From Synechococcus sp. A15-24 (GTDB lineage Bacteria > Cyanobacteriota > Cyanobacteriia > PCC-6307 > Cyanobiaceae): a stretch of 32,000 nt of DNA. The first letter of the stretch is position 1; every line of letters starts with the position of its first letter. A program made the position numbers and the translations under genes. The notes under the pieces were generated by a model. The model did no database searches and was not told the origin of the DNA. It saw only the letters and a list, made by a program, of their open reading frames with translations. This document shows, piece after piece, positions 19,417 through 28,639 of this stretch. The stretch lies in assembly GCF_014280195.1 (NCBI RefSeq), contig NZ_CP047960.1, positions 1,350,001-1,382,000 of the forward strand, read 5' to 3'.

Positions 19417-20205
19417 TCAATTCCTTCCCACAATGACAGGTGGAGTCGTTCCGCCATTGAAGGACGGAACTACTTGTGTTTGCCCATCCCATTTATCAAG
19501 AAACAGCTTATACAGAACGCTGTTATTGAGGGACTGACTCAACGTTTCAAACTTGATTGCTTCCTGCTCGGCAATCTCAACTTCTGTCTTTGCGCGCAAG
19601 AGCTGCTGTTGTGCGATTTGCTTCTGTTCAATGGCAGCCCTGTACTCTTCAGCGATCTGCAGTCCAGTGATGTCAAGACCTCTCACGACAACATAATCAA
19701 ATTCACTGAGCTCCAGTGAGACGCTTTCCTGCACAAGGGAAGATATGGTGTTCCAATCCGTCGCGATCGTATCCAGCTCATACTTTGAAAAGACTGACTT
19801 CAGTGATTTCAGCAGCGATGGCTGGATCACCCTTGCATAGATTGCAGAGTCGTCAGTAGCGATCGTGCTGTAAATCCTGGGAGCCTCAGATGGCTTAACG
19901 GCATATTTAACCGTTGCCGTTGCCTCGATCACCTGGAGATCCTTCGTCAGCGTCGAGAACTTTTCAGGTATGACCTGCGTTCTTACACTGAAGGAATGCG
20001 TGCTCTGCAGGAATGGAATCTTGAGGTTCAACCCAGGCTGCCTTGGCTCATCCGAAACCTTGCCAAGCGTCGTCACAACACCCACCTCACCCGCAGGGAC
20101 GACAAACAAACTGGACAGAGCCGCAATACCTCCAAAGAATATTGACGACGCAGTGATGACTATTTTCGAAACATTCTCAGGATTTTGATAAGAGCGCATT
20201 ACCAC
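19417..20205 (-). CDS. SPFH/band-7 (prohibitin-like) membrane protein
   Basis: N-terminal TM helix, then an SPFH domain (VPAGEVGVVTTLGKV..PGLNLKIPF) and a coiled-coil-like tail (AEEYRAAIEQKQIAQQQLLRAKTEVEIAEQEA). Confidence 0.85.
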   Translation of the reverse strand: MVMRSYQNPENVSKIVITASSIFFGGIAALSSLFVVPAGEVGVVTTLGKVSDEPRQPGLNLKIPFLQSTHSFSVRTQVIPEKFSTLTKDLQVIEATATVKYAVKPSEAPRIYSTIATDDSAIYARVIQPSLLKSLKSVFSKYELDTIATDWNTISSLVQESVSLELSEFDYVVVRGLDITGLQIAEEYRAAIEQKQIAQQQLLRAKTEVEIAEQEAIKFETLSQSLNNSVLYKLFLDKWDGQTQVVPSFNGGTTPPVIVGRN

Positions 20206-20497
20206 AAAAACTCAATGTTGTTACGGTAACAAACGAATAGTCGCGCACTCCGAAATTACACAATAAAAAAATAATAGCATTCGATTAAGGTGTAATAACA
20301 ACTTCTACGCTCAAGCAACAGTCGATTCAGCCATCACCAGCGCCCATAGCACCAGCCACAGAAATCGATGGGCAGCGCAATAGAAACCCGAGGAATGAAT
20401 AGCGCTAAATTTTGCACTTTGGTGCGCGATTGGCTTGTACTTGTGAAACCCAGTGCAATTTGTGCAGGTGTGGGAAATCCACCGGCTGAAAACCTAG

Positions 20498-20570
20498 TGG
20501 AGCCAAGGAGACTCGAACTCCTGACCCCCTGCATGCCATGCAGGTGCTCTACCAGCTGAGCTATGGCCCC
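20498..20570 (-). tRNA. tRNA-Ala (anticodon GGC)
   Basis: The reverse complement folds as a 73-nt cloverleaf: GGGGCCA-TA-GCTC-AGCTGGTA-GAGC-A-CCTGC-ATGGCAT-GCAGG-GGGTC-AGGAG-TTCGAGT-CTCCT-TGGCTCC-A. The G3:U70 alanine identity pair is present. CCA is not encoded. Confidence 0.95.
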
Positions 20571-20635
20571 ATGAACGCCGGTGATGCCCTCGGGCTCGTG
20601 CCGTCGTCGTATTCAAGCTTACACCGAGGGGGCGA

Positions 20636-21283
20636 TCACACCTGACGCCACACCGCCACCAACCGGCCCTGCACCTCCACCTGCTCCGCCGGCAGCTCGA
20701 TCGGGTCGTAGGAAGGGTTAGCCGCCTCGAGCACAACCGCCGCCCCTTTGCGGTGGAAATGCTTCAGGGTTGTGCCGCTTCCCGCCACCAGGGCACTCAC
20801 AACGGTGCCGTTGCGCAGGCGCTGCGGATCAGGCACAGGCTCCATCAACACCACGTCGCCATCAGCGATGTGAGAATCCACCATCGAATCACCGTTCACC
20901 GTCAGGGCAAACAGCCCGCGGGTCTCGAGGACCGGCGCGAGATCAAGGTGCTCCTGCAAGTCATCAAAGGCCGTCACCAGGCCACCAGCAGCCACGGCAC
21001 CCAGCACCGGGATGCCAGCAGCCGCAGCCATCTCGCCCAGCAATTGCAGAGTGCGGGCCTGACCTTCCTGCCAGGTGATCCACCCTTTCTGTTGGAGATG
21101 CCGCAAGCGGCTCTGGATCGGTGCTGGAGAACGCAGCCCCATCGCCTGCATCATCTGACGGATGGACGGGCTGTGACGATGCGTGCCGATGTACTCCGCC
21201 AGCCAGTCGTACAGCTCCTGCTGGGCGGAGGTCAATGGCTCTGGGGGTGAGCTGGTCACAGAAGAAGACAACGAACAATACAT
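20636..21283 (-). CDS. lexA: LexA repressor (S24 peptidase)
   Basis: wHTH N-domain (QQELYDWLAEYIGTHRHSPSIRQMMQAMGL) and S24 catalytic Ser in VNGDSM. The track ORF to 21406 is probably over-extended. The first ATG is at 21283, and a TTG at 21235 (MTSAQQELY) would give a typical protein of about 199 aa. Confidence 0.88.
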   Translation of the reverse strand: MYCSLSSSVTSSPPEPLTSAQQELYDWLAEYIGTHRHSPSIRQMMQAMGLRSPAPIQSRLRHLQQKGWITWQEGQARTLQLLGEMAAAAGIPVLGAVAAGGLVTAFDDLQEHLDLAPVLETRGLFALTVNGDSMVDSHIADGDVVLMEPVPDPQRLRNGTVVSALVAGSGTTLKHFHRKGAAVVLEAANPSYDPIELPAEQVEVQGRLVAVWRQV

Positions 21284-21290
21284 TTGTACC
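21277..21290 (-). promoter_or_regulatory. candidate cyanobacterial-type LexA box
   Basis: The minus strand reads GGTACAAATGTATT, which matches 13 of 14 positions of the published cyanobacterial consensus RGTACNNNDGTWCB. It contains the inverted repeat TACA-AA-TGTA and covers the ATG at 21283. Confidence 0.35.
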
Positions 21291-21338
21291 GACGGCGCTC
21301 GAGCTGCGCAAGATCCCAGCCTTGATTGCGGCCAAGAC

Positions 21339-21611
21339 ATGTGGCAGGACCAGCCGAAACACAGCGACAAGCCAGAGAAGGCCGGTGGCGAAGGCTGGCT
21401 GATCAACCCAGCACAGCAGAAGCTGGTGCAGTTTCAGCCCGGTTCAGCCACAGCCCACGCTCAGTGGGTGGCCATTCACACATTCCACCTCTTGCCTGGT
21501 GAAGCACCAACGCTGATCACAGGGCGCCGGATGCTGCGTCATAACGCCATTGAGGCCTGGCAGACCATGCTCAAAACCGGATGGACACGATGTCATCCAC
21601 CAAGGAGATGA
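21339..21611 (+). CDS. DUF1651-like picocyanobacterial protein
   Basis: GWLINP..(about 45 aa)..TGRRMLRHNAIEAWQTMLKTGWTRCHPP resembles the DUF1651 pattern. ATG at 21339 is chosen because the ORF from 21183 overlaps lexA. Confidence 0.55.
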   Translation: MWQDQPKHSDKPEKAGGEGWLINPAQQKLVQFQPGSATAHAQWVAIHTFHLLPGEAPTLITGRRMLRHNAIEAWQTMLKTGWTRCHPPRR

Positions 21612-21950
21612 TCAACCGTGTTCCTGTTCACGCAAGGCGGCAATCTTGTCGACGCTGGAGCCGATGTTGTCGACCACAAAGCCATCCATGCCGTTGTCTT
21701 TGAGTCTGTAGAGATAACCGTTCACCCAAGCTGTTTCACGGTTGTTCGTTTCATGGCCGCGGTCCACAAATCCTGGTGTTTGTTGGAACACATACAGGAG
21801 GATCTCCAAAACATCGTTTGGATCCAGTTGTTCTGGATCAATGAATGGAAATATTTCTCTCACATCCATAAAAGAAATGGTGAGCGATGTCTCCAACTCG
21901 TCTGACACGTCAAATACGTTGAATGTTCTGCAGCTTAGGAGTGAATCCAA
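21612..21950 (-). CDS. hypothetical acidic protein
   Basis: 112-aa ORF in a lower-GC segment with no motif. Confidence 0.45.
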   Translation of the reverse strand: MDSLLSCRTFNVFDVSDELETSLTISFMDVREIFPFIDPEQLDPNDVLEILLYVFQQTPGFVDRGHETNNRETAWVNGYLYRLKDNGMDGFVVDNIGSSVDKIAALREQEHG

Positions 21951-22030
21951 ACCGAGATCGATGGGGCCTCACTCAGGCCAGCGGGTGCCATGGACAGGCC
22001 GCTAGAACAACTCAAGCTTTTTGACCCAGG

Positions 22031-22270
22031 TTGAAAGACATTCAACCCCAGGATTTGGACCGGATCATCGAAATGGCCTGGGAGGACAGAACCACCTTCG
22101 AAGCCATCCACTACCAGTTCGGCGTGTCAGAACAGGAGGTGATCGCGCTGATGCGAACCCACATGAAACACTCCTCCTTCAAGATGTGGCGCAAAAGGGT
22201 GTCTGGGCGCAAAACAAAACATGGGGCCACGTCCGAATCAAACCGATTCAAAGCCAAGTGCCACCGCTGA
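22031..22270 (+). CDS. TIGR03643/DUF2805-family protein
   Basis: DLDRIIEMAWEDRTTFEAIHYQFGVSEQEVIALMR..FKMWRKRVSGRKTKH matches the DUF2805 core as I recall it. TTG start. Confidence 0.7.
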   Translation: MKDIQPQDLDRIIEMAWEDRTTFEAIHYQFGVSEQEVIALMRTHMKHSSFKMWRKRVSGRKTKHGATSESNRFKAKCHR

Positions 22271-22281
22271 ACAGGGCGCCT

Positions 22282-23238
22282 TTACAAGCCACCCATCAAT
22301 GCCGCCAGCAGTGCCTGCTGAGCATGAAGCCGATTTTCAGCCTGATCAAAGATGCGGCTGGCGGAGCTTTCCATCACCCCTGGGCTAATCTCCTCACTGC
22401 GATGGGCCGGCAAGCAATGCAGAACGATGGACTCCGTGTCAGCTGCCTCCAATAACGCTTCGTCGACGCAGAAACCGGTAAAAGCCTGTTCCCGTTCCGA
22501 TTGCTCGTCTTCCTGACCCATGGAGGCCCACACATCGGTGTACACCGCCTGGGAACCACGCACCGCTTCACGCGGATCGTGGATGACATCGATCGCAGCT
22601 CCCTGAACAGCCAGGGAACGGGCCTGCTCCAGCACACCGGGCAGGGGCTCGAAACCCTGCGGGCAGCCGATGCGCACATTCACCCCCAACAACGCTCCGC
22701 AGAGCATCAGGGAGTGGGCCACGTTGTTGCCATCACCGATGTAGGCCAACGTCTGTCCGGGCAGATCACCATGGGCCTCGCGCATCGTGAGGAAGTCGGC
22801 CAGGGACTGGCAGGGGTGCTCGAGATCGGTGAGGGCATTGATCACCGGCACAGTGGCCCAGTGGGCGTAATCCACCAACTCCTGCTGGGCGAAGGTGCGC
22901 ACGGCCAATACATCGCAATAGCGACTGAGCACTCGCGCGGTGTCTTCCAGGGGCTCACCACGACCCAGCTGCGTCACCTGGGGATTGAGGTCCACCGTTT
23001 GCCCACCCAGGCGGGCCATTGCCACCTGGAAACTGACGCGGGTGCGGGTGGAGGCCTTGGTGAAAATCAATCCCAAGACTCGGTTGCCGAGGTCGATGCG
23101 ACGGTCGCCACTCTTCAGGTGAGCGGCCAGATCGAGCAGAGCTGAGGTTTCCTCCGCCGAACAATCTGCGGAGGAAAGATAGTCACGGCCGCTGAGGGGG
23201 GAAAGAGCAGCAGCAACACCTCCAGCAGCGGTAGCCAT
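22282..23238 (-). CDS. argF: ornithine carbamoyltransferase
   Basis: Carbamoyl-phosphate motif STRTRVSF, ornithine-binding HCLPAHR, and DVWASMG. Confidence 0.95.
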   Translation of the reverse strand: MATAAGGVAAALSPLSGRDYLSSADCSAEETSALLDLAAHLKSGDRRIDLGNRVLGLIFTKASTRTRVSFQVAMARLGGQTVDLNPQVTQLGRGEPLEDTARVLSRYCDVLAVRTFAQQELVDYAHWATVPVINALTDLEHPCQSLADFLTMREAHGDLPGQTLAYIGDGNNVAHSLMLCGALLGVNVRIGCPQGFEPLPGVLEQARSLAVQGAAIDVIHDPREAVRGSQAVYTDVWASMGQEDEQSEREQAFTGFCVDEALLEAADTESIVLHCLPAHRSEEISPGVMESSASRIFDQAENRLHAQQALLAALMGGL

Positions 23239-23283
23239 CGTGACGATTCAAAGGACAGTTATCGGGGATGGGAGCGGTCAGCG

Positions 23284-25158
23284 TCAAGCACTGACGGTCT
23301 CGGGCAGCACGCTGGCCTCAAGCATCTGTTTGAGGTCATCCCCCTCTATCACCTCTTTTTCGAGGATCTTCTGGGCAATGGTCTCCAGCAAGGCCATGTT
23401 CTGACGCAGGATTGCCAGGGCGTCGTCGTGGGCTCTGTCCACCAGGCCACGCACTTCCTTGTCGATCGCCTGAGCGGTGGCATCACTCACCGAGCGGCGG
23501 GGGTTGTTGTTGCCGCCGAGGAAGCGTCCGCCCCCCTGTTTGTCGTAGGCCAGAGGGCCAAGGGTGTCGCTCATGCCATAGGTTCCCACCATCTGCTCGG
23601 CCAGGTCAGTAGCCCGCTGCAGATCATTGGCGGCACCCGTGGTGATCTTGCCGAACACGATCTCCTCGGCCGAACGGCCCCCCAGCAGCGTGGCGATCTG
23701 CCCTTGGAGTTCCTCCTTGGAATTGAGGAAACGTTCTTCGGTGGGCAACTGCAGGGTGTAGCCGAGGGCGCTCATGCCCCGGGGAACGATCGAGATCTTG
23801 GCCACCTTGCTTCCACCAGGCATCAGGTGACCGACGATCGCGTGACCCACCTCGTGGTAGGCCACCACTTTCTTCTCGTCGTCCTGCAACACGCGGCTCT
23901 TCTTCTCAAGGCCCGCCACCACCCGCTCGATGGCTTCCCCCAAATCCTGTTGCTCAACCTTGGTTCGGTAAGCACGGGCAGCGAGCAGGGCCGCTTCGTT
24001 CACCAGGTTGGCCAGATCGGCGCCGGCAAAGCCGCTGGTGGCCTGCGCCACGCTGTCCAGATCCACAGCATCAGCGAGCTTCACCTTCTTGGCGTAAATC
24101 TCGAGGATGGTCTTACGGCCGGACAGATCCGGGCGATCAACCAACACCTGTCGGTCAAAGCGGCCCGGGCGCAGCAGGGCCGCATCCAGCACTTCAGGCT
24201 GGTTGGTGGCCGCCAACACGATCACCGGTTTGTCCTGGGCGGTGAAGCCATCCATCTCGGTGAGCAGCTGATTCAGGGTTTGCTCCCGCTCGTCGTTGCC
24301 GCCGACCACGCCCATTGAGCCGGAACGGCTCTTACCGATGGCGTCGAGCTCGTCGATGAAGATGATGCAGGGGGCCTTCTTCTTGGCTTCTTCAAACAGG
24401 TCGCGCACGCGGGCAGCACCGGCACCAACGAACAGTTCCACGAATTCCGAGCCGGAAATAATGAAAAAGGGCACACCGGCTTCGCCCGCAACGGCCTTCG
24501 ACAGCAGGGTCTTGCCGGTGCCGGGAGGCCCCACAAGCAACACACCTTTGGGGATGCGTGCACCGATTTCGGCATAGCGCTCTGGGGTCTTGAGGAAATC
24601 AACGATTTCGGTGAGTTCCTGTTTGGCCTCATCGACGCCGGCCACATCAGCGAAGGTGACGCGGGATTCCTCATCCGGCACATAAACCTTGGCCTTGCTC
24701 TTGGTGAAGCTCAACGCCCCTTGAGCGCCGCCCCCCATCGAACGGCGGGCGAAGAACTGCAGCACCAGGATGAAGATCAGCGGCGGCACCACCCAGCTGA
24801 GGATGGTGGTGAAGATGTTGGGCTTCTTCGGCGGGGCAGCGGCGAACTCAACACCCTTGGTTTCCAACCGCTGGGGCAGATCCATGTCGAAGATCGGCGT
24901 GGTCGCCAGCACCGGCGGCGTGCCCTCCTCCGGATCGCTGAGCTCGTAGCGGATCTGTTCCTGGGTGATGTAGGCGCGCTTCACGGCGCCATCATTCACC
25001 TGATCGAGGAACAGCGAATAGGGCACCTTGGGCACCTGCTGCATCGCGTTGTTGGGCACGAAGCTGCTCAATAGCAGCAGCACTCCGAAGCCGATCAACA
25101 CCAGGTTGATGATTCCGAAGCGACGGTTCGGTCGGTTGTCGTCCTGTCGGATCGGCAT
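23284..25158 (-). CDS. ftsH: ATP-dependent zinc metalloprotease FtsH
   Basis: Two N-terminal TM helices, AAA Walker A GPPGTGKT, Walker B IIFIDELD, and protease motif HEVGHA. Confidence 0.97.
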   Translation of the reverse strand: MPIRQDDNRPNRRFGIINLVLIGFGVLLLLSSFVPNNAMQQVPKVPYSLFLDQVNDGAVKRAYITQEQIRYELSDPEEGTPPVLATTPIFDMDLPQRLETKGVEFAAAPPKKPNIFTTILSWVVPPLIFILVLQFFARRSMGGGAQGALSFTKSKAKVYVPDEESRVTFADVAGVDEAKQELTEIVDFLKTPERYAEIGARIPKGVLLVGPPGTGKTLLSKAVAGEAGVPFFIISGSEFVELFVGAGAARVRDLFEEAKKKAPCIIFIDELDAIGKSRSGSMGVVGGNDEREQTLNQLLTEMDGFTAQDKPVIVLAATNQPEVLDAALLRPGRFDRQVLVDRPDLSGRKTILEIYAKKVKLADAVDLDSVAQATSGFAGADLANLVNEAALLAARAYRTKVEQQDLGEAIERVVAGLEKKSRVLQDDEKKVVAYHEVGHAIVGHLMPGGSKVAKISIVPRGMSALGYTLQLPTEERFLNSKEELQGQIATLLGGRSAEEIVFGKITTGAANDLQRATDLAEQMVGTYGMSDTLGPLAYDKQGGGRFLGGNNNPRRSVSDATAQAIDKEVRGLVDRAHDDALAILRQNMALLETIAQKILEKEVIEGDDLKQMLEASVLPETVSA

Positions 25159-25244
25159 GGCATCTGCCCTAGATCAAATCACGCTACGAGGGATGAACCG
25201 TTGCTTACGGGTGTGAGAACCGAACGCCTTCTAACGTCACGTCC

Positions 25245-25871
25245 ATGTGCAGCCGTTACAGCCTCGATACGCCATTGCAGGCGCTTCAGGCGCTGCTCCA
25301 GCCCTGGTTACGGGACGCCGATGCCGGCTGGTTGCAGCACTACGCACCACGACGGCTGATCAGCCCGGGGGAACCGGTGCTGGCCCTAAGGCGCGAACAC
25401 AGCCAAAGCATGGCCAGCCATATGCTCTGGGGCCTTCTGCCGGGATGGGTCAAAGATCCACTGGCGGGACCGCGGCCAATCAATGCCCGCGCTGAGACCT
25501 TGGAGGACAAAGCCTCCTTCCGCGGCCCCTGGCGTCATCACCGTTGCCTGTTGCCGGCGGATGGGTTTCTGGAACAGGGTGAGCAGATTCAGCGACTGGA
25601 CCAACAATTGTTCTGGCTGGCCGGGCTCTGGGATCGCTGGATCGGCCCTGACGGCACTGAGGTGGAGACCTGCTGTGTGATCACCACCAGCCCAAACACA
25701 TTGCTGGAGAGCCTGCACGACCGCATGGCCGTGATCATTCCCCGGGGCCTCGAGGAGTTCTGGCTGGAGCCGGGGGATGGAGCCCATCGCCGGGCCCTCG
25801 AGCCGATGCTGGACCCATGGCCGAGTGATGGTTGGAGCCGGCGCGGCACATCTCAACTCAGCTTGTTCTGA
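25245..25871 (+). CDS. SOS response-associated peptidase (SRAP/YedK family)
   Basis: Begins MCSRYSL with the catalytic Cys2, followed by ..INARAETL..KASFR... Confidence 0.88.
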   Translation: MCSRYSLDTPLQALQALLQPWLRDADAGWLQHYAPRRLISPGEPVLALRREHSQSMASHMLWGLLPGWVKDPLAGPRPINARAETLEDKASFRGPWRHHRCLLPADGFLEQGEQIQRLDQQLFWLAGLWDRWIGPDGTEVETCCVITTSPNTLLESLHDRMAVIIPRGLEEFWLEPGDGAHRRALEPMLDPWPSDGWSRRGTSQLSLF

Positions 25872-25914
25872 GGCCTCTGCCGGCGCACCATGCCGACAGA
25901 CAGGGATCAGGGCC

Positions 25915-26640
25915 ATGGCGCGACGGCAGAAGGGATCGCATCTGCGTCTTCTGCTGCTGTTCACGCTGCTGGTGCTGGTGGGTTTTGCCTTCCCACGGCT
26001 GATCTGGGCTAGCTATGTGGGCTACAGCCTGATCGCGCTGCTGCTGACCCAGGTGATGGTGCGCGACAGCCAGGCCCCTGACTGGAGTGATCGGATTTAC
26101 CGCGGCTTGGGGCTGTTTGCGGTGTTGACCATGTGGCTATGGCTGCTCACGCCGCTTGAACTCATATACAGCGGCGTTCCGCTGGCGCTCAGCTGGAGTG
26201 TGTTGGTGGGCTGGAGTGTGATTCGGCTGGTCAAACGCTTTGCCGATGAGCCCAAGGTGACCGAATCACTGCTGATGGGGGCGACCGCGGGCTACCTGCA
26301 CATCGGACTCACCGCTGGACTGGTGATGAGTGCCATGGAAACCATCCAACCCGGCAGCTTCGAACCGCTGACCGTTGCGCAAACCGGGGACAACAGCGTG
26401 CTGGCGGCAGCCCATGCCTTTTCCGCTATCAATTATTACGCCCCTGTGTGTCTCACCACCGTGGGCTTCGGCGACATCAATCCAATGCTGCCTCTGTCGC
26501 GGATGGTGAGTGTGCTCACCAGCATCGCCGGCCCGCTTTATCTGGCGGCGGTGATGGGGGTGTTGATCGGCCGTTTCGCCAGCAGTCTCGACCGCGATGC
26601 GAGAACAGCAGAGGAGGCTCCAAAACGCCCGTATCACTAG
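25915..26640 (+). CDS. two-TM-type potassium channel protein
   Basis: K+ selectivity filter TTVGFGD after a pore helix, with several TM segments. ATG at 25915 is chosen over the 25777 extension, which overlaps the SRAP gene. Confidence 0.8.
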   Translation: MARRQKGSHLRLLLLFTLLVLVGFAFPRLIWASYVGYSLIALLLTQVMVRDSQAPDWSDRIYRGLGLFAVLTMWLWLLTPLELIYSGVPLALSWSVLVGWSVIRLVKRFADEPKVTESLLMGATAGYLHIGLTAGLVMSAMETIQPGSFEPLTVAQTGDNSVLAAAHAFSAINYYAPVCLTTVGFGDINPMLPLSRMVSVLTSIAGPLYLAAVMGVLIGRFASSLDRDARTAEEAPKRPYH

Positions 26641-26684
26641 TGGTACCGGAGGTTCCATCGCCTGAGCATTCAGCTGCCCATGCC

Positions 26685-26909
26685 TCAAACTGCACTCTGG
26701 TCTGTTGTGCCTTGAAGCGCCTTCTCCTGAAGCTGCTGCACGGCACACAGTGCTTCGTGGGCAGGCCAGCCGTGACGGATCATCAGCTCCTCCACCAGGT
26801 AGTCGGGCGAGTTGGAGATGCGTGAATTCAGTTCTGCAATGGCCCTGTCATTGCGTGCAAGAGCTGAGAGCCGAAGCGATCGGAGTTGCTGGACGTTCGG
26901 CTGTTTCAT
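26685..26909 (-). CDS. small hypothetical protein
   Basis: The internal ATG at 26909 (MKQPNVQQLRSL..) avoids overlap with ribD. 74 aa with helical-looking sequence. Confidence 0.45.
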   Translation of the reverse strand: MKQPNVQQLRSLRLSALARNDRAIAELNSRISNSPDYLVEELMIRHGWPAHEALCAVQQLQEKALQGTTDQSAV

Positions 26910-26934
26910 GGCAGCACTCTGCACGTTGGTGGAC

Positions 26935-28032
26935 TCAGCCCCCGAGCCGCAAGGAGAGCAACCAGTCATCACCGATGGGCCGGGGAGGCTGCCACGCGCC
27001 ACTGAGCACCTGATCCATGGCGGTGAAACCCAGTTCCCCCAGAGGCGTTCGTGCTCTTGTTCCACCCATCAGTTTCGGGGCCAGCACGGCAGCCACCTCC
27101 TGCACACAGCCCTGACGGATGGCCGCAGCCGCCAGCTCTGGTCCGCACTCCCACAGCACCTGATTGCAGCCCCGGGCTGCCAGGTGTTGCATCAGCGGCA
27201 GGGGCTCGCACTGTTCCAGCTCCAGCCGTTCCGGACCGTTCGGAGCCTGCTTGCCGGCAGCCTCCGGGCCATGGGCCACCAGGGTCGCGGCGGATGCTGT
27301 GTCCCATAGCTGTGCCTCGGCGGGAAGGTCCAGACCACTGCTAAGCACAACCCGAAGCGGTTCCGGATCGCGATGGCCGCGGCTGGTGAGCAGGGGGTCA
27401 TCGGCGCGAACAGTTCCACCGCCGACGAGCACCGCATCGCATCCCGCCCGCAACTGATGCACCCAGCGACGGGAGTCGGCACCACTGATCCACTGACTGG
27501 CGCCATTGGGCAACGCGGTTCTGCCATCGAGCCCCATCGCCCACTTGAGCACCCCCCAAGGGCGACCCGTGCGGACGCGATGCAGAAAGGCCCGGTTCTG
27601 CTCTGCGGCCTCCTGCCGAAGCACACCGGTGATCACCTCAACACCGGCCTGCCGCAGCTGAGCAATCCCGCCACCAGCCACCCTCGGATCCGGATCCTCC
27701 AACGCCACCACGACCCTGACCACCCCGGCCTGCAGAACAGCGCGGGTGCAGGGAGGTGTGCGGCCGTGGTGGCAGCAAGGTTCCAGGGTCACGATCAACG
27801 TGCCACCGGCGGCGGCGGTTCCGGCCTGGGCCAGAGCCCCAACCTCGGCATGGGGCTCACCCGAGCGGGCATGGAACCCCTCCCCCACCAATCGGCCCTC
27901 ACGGTTGAGAACAAGAGCTCCCACAAGGGGATTGGGGCTGGTGCGACCTTCAGCCAGCGCAGCCAACGCCAGGGCCCGGCGCATCCAGAGATCCCACATC
28001 AGCTCAGGGGCAGGTCCTGCAATGACCGCCAC
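26935..28032 (-). CDS. ribD: bifunctional riboflavin biosynthesis deaminase/reductase RibD
   Basis: Deaminase zinc motifs HAEVGAL and PCCHHGRTPPC, plus a C-terminal reductase domain. An alternative ATG at 27999 forms a TGATG 1-nt overlap with the upstream stop. Confidence 0.93.
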   Translation of the reverse strand: MAVIAGPAPELMWDLWMRRALALAALAEGRTSPNPLVGALVLNREGRLVGEGFHARSGEPHAEVGALAQAGTAAAGGTLIVTLEPCCHHGRTPPCTRAVLQAGVVRVVVALEDPDPRVAGGGIAQLRQAGVEVITGVLRQEAAEQNRAFLHRVRTGRPWGVLKWAMGLDGRTALPNGASQWISGADSRRWVHQLRAGCDAVLVGGGTVRADDPLLTSRGHRDPEPLRVVLSSGLDLPAEAQLWDTASAATLVAHGPEAAGKQAPNGPERLELEQCEPLPLMQHLAARGCNQVLWECGPELAAAAIRQGCVQEVAAVLAPKLMGGTRARTPLGELGFTAMDQVLSGAWQPPRPIGDDWLLSLRLGG

Positions 28033-28484
28033 TCACCCACCACGTAGGGAGGCACCGGTAGCTCCGTGAAAACCCCTGGCAACATCAGACGCAGGGGTCG
28101 GTTGTTGCTGAGGTCATCCAGAAGGGGGTCGAGGGCGAATTCCGCGGCCGCCTCACGGCCATCGGTGGCCAGGGCAGGGTTAGCGAGGGTGATGTCGTCC
28201 AGGGCCCAGGTCCTGCGCCCGGCCTCCACCTGAAGACTTACCGGATGGTCGAGGCGGAGTTTGCCGGGATAACCAACGATGCGGAGCACCACGGGTTCAC
28301 CGGGCTTCCCCTCGCGGTAGGCCACCGCCTGCCAGCTGTCGTAGTCCAGATCGCGAAGGCTCTCGAGGCTGCGCACCATCCGCGTGCCGTTATCGGATTC
28401 GTGCTCATGCACCTGGGCCCATCCCTGGGGTGCCGCCGTGAACAGCACCAGAACGGCGATCAAACAGCAGAGCAGCCGGCGCAT
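27999..28484 (-). CDS. secreted conserved hypothetical protein
   Basis: 161 aa with a clear signal peptide (MRRLLCCLIAVLVLFTAAPQGWA). Tightly coupled to ribD. I cannot name the family. Confidence 0.65.
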   Translation of the reverse strand: MRRLLCCLIAVLVLFTAAPQGWAQVHEHESDNGTRMVRSLESLRDLDYDSWQAVAYREGKPGEPVVLRIVGYPGKLRLDHPVSLQVEAGRRTWALDDITLANPALATDGREAAAEFALDPLLDDLSNNRPLRLMLPGVFTELPVPPYVVGEWRSLQDLPLS

Positions 28485-28639
28485 CGGAGATCGGTCAGTG
28501 GGCGGATTCTCACAGTCCGGCTTGGAGCCCCGTGGAATTCACAGATAATTCTCCTATGAATTTTTAGTCAGCCGGGGAACTCGGCGAGATCTTCAAATCA
28601 CTAGGTATCGGACTGGGCGTCAGTCAGCTCAGTGCCGGT

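Noticed and set aside
20413-20460. An imperfect inverted repeat (TTGCACT ... AGTGCAA) downstream of the tRNA, considered as a tRNA terminator or sRNA.
   Set aside because: The stem is interrupted, the loop is about 32 nt, and no clear U-tract follows on the relevant strand. The evidence is too weak to annotate.
20334-20736. Track ORFs overlapping the tRNA gene (20334-20534, 20368-20559, 20494-20736).
   Set aside because: They overlap a well-folded tRNA-Ala and the lexA 3' end. They are short and have no coding features.
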